From assembly GCF_000143415.4 (NCBI RefSeq), contig NW_003314383.1, forward strand, positions 435,329 through 459,191: 23,863 nucleotides of DNA, read 5' to 3'. Source of the DNA: Selaginella moellendorffii (taxonomy: Eukaryota > Plantae > Lycopodiophyta). Both the position numbers and the translations under genes were made by a program. The notes beneath the pieces were generated by a model, which was not told the DNA's origin, ran no database searches, and saw only the letters and a program-made list of their open reading frames with translations. Below, in pieces: positions 22,751 through 23,863 of this stretch; within the stretch, counting starts at the first letter, position 1, and every line of letters starts with the position of its first letter.

Positions 22751-22888
22751 NNNNNNNNNNNNNNNNNNNNNNNNNNNNNNNNNNNNNNNNNNNNNNNNNN
22801 NNNNNNNNNNNNNNNNNNNNNNNNNNNNNNNNNNNNNNNNNNNNNNNNNNNNNNNNNNNNNNNNNNNNNNNNNNNNNNNNNNNNNNNN
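22751..22888. other. Assembly gap
   Basis: Run of N. Confidence 1.
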
Positions 22889-23293
22889 ACTTACTAGCCC
22901 CAAGAATGGCATCCATGCCACTCAACACTTGCACCTGGTCCAAGTGCTCCTCGTGTCCGGTCCCAAGACCGACACCCAAAGGTACCACTGACATCTCGGC
23001 CCGTTACGCTAAGGCCATGCCCATTCACCTTTGCTGCACTAGTGGTCCAATACCACTTGCATCACAATCCCGTCTCTCCAAGACTGGGCCATCCGTCCAC
23101 GAGTCGTCATCCTAGATCCACTCCTTAGCATCCTTAGGCTGCCCATAGATCTGGGGAATTGCCTTCCCCAAAGTCCCTTTGTCAGTTCCCACCAAGTCCC
23201 TTTCTGCCCCTGGCCGTGTTTGCCAACACTGCCACTGGATCGAGGCCCACAGGCCCGACCCCTAAGTCCCAGTGCTCGACCCGAGGGGTAGGG

Positions 23294-23863
23294 TGTCAAG
23301 AGAGCGAGGCTCTCAGGAGAGCTGCGGCTCTCAGCTTCCGTTCACGAGGGCATGAACTTGCAGGGAAGCGTGGTGGATTGTAAACAACCAAAGAGAACGA
23401 CTTGAGAGACGATCCATTGGGGTTCAAATATAGAGGGAAAGGGCCCATGAACAAGAGTGCACCCCTTTTTCCAATCGGTTAAGGGTCTTGGGATATTTGG
23501 GGTTAAGCGTCCTTGGGTTTGAATAGTACTGGGCTGGGTGACCTCCCGGGAAGTCCAAACTCAGGAGCTTACATTTGGTATCAGAGGGGTCTCGGGTCCG
23601 ACTCTGTTGGTTGGCTAAGGGAATCACACCACATGTTGATTGACATCTGGCTGGTCCAGTTTGCTCCCGCTGGGCTCGACCCGAGGGGTAGGGTGTCAAG
23701 AGAGCGGGGCTCTCGGGAGAGCTGCGGCTCTCAGCTTCCGTTCACGAGCGTGAACTTGCAGGGAAGCGTGGTGGATTGTAAGCAACCAAAGGGAACGACT
23801 CAAGAGACGGTCCATGGGGTTCAAATATAGAGGGAAAGGGCCCATGAACAAGAGTGCACCCCC
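23294..23863 (+). mobile_element. Cassandra-like TRIM: LTR1 23294-23573, internal domain 23574-23693, LTR2 from 23694 (runs off the window)
   Basis: LTR1 is TGTCAAG...CTTACA (280 bp). PBS TGGTATCAGAG (tRNA-iMet) at 23576-23586. The internal region is 120 bp and non-coding. PPT GAGGGGTAGGG at 23683-23693. LTR2 is ~94% identical over the visible ~170 bp, and the LTR contains a 5S-like segment. Confidence 0.92.
23501..23556 (+). promoter_or_regulatory. 5S rRNA-derived internal control region (Pol III A-box to C-box) inside the LTR
   Basis: GGTTAAGCGTCCTTGGGTTTGAATAGTACTGGGCTGGGTGACCTCCCGGGAAGTCC aligns with plant 5S AGTTAAGCGTGCTTGGGCGAGAGTAGTACTAGGATGGGTGACCTCCTGGGAAGTCC. Confidence 0.9.

Noticed and set aside
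23501-23556. Functional 5S rRNA gene
   Set aside because: Only ~56 nt of the internal control region match. The 5' and 3' parts of 5S are absent and the segment lies inside an LTR.

Overview
Eukaryotic (plant) repeat-rich scaffold segment with two N gaps. Very short GT-AG introns (42-65 nt), a plant-type tRNA-Pro and the characteristic PPR motif 'LAEKEEGQE...VKL..LEQGMAVHSQ' suggest a lycophyte such as Selaginella (inference). In order, the window holds: the 3' end of a decayed Ty3/gypsy element (integrase, PPT, LTR); an AT-rich relic region; two BAHD acyltransferase fragments; a ~4.4 kb intronless Helitron (Rep-PIF1 helicase, stops and frameshifts, 3' hairpin plus CTCG end); two diverged copies of a module made of an alpha-carbonic anhydrase (missed by the ORF track because it is spliced), a small secreted I9/subtilase-propeptide-like gene and a shared repeat; a probable decayed Mutator-like region between those copies; an intact tRNA-Pro(AGG); PLS-type PPR pseudogene fragments on both strands; a ~475 bp-arm inverted repeat derived from a retrotransposon accessory ORF; and a Cassandra-like TRIM whose LTR carries a 5S rRNA internal-promoter segment. 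The most notable signal is that the first Cassandra LTR is itself preceded by a PPT and a different, longer internal sequence, so it may be shared with a larger partner element.
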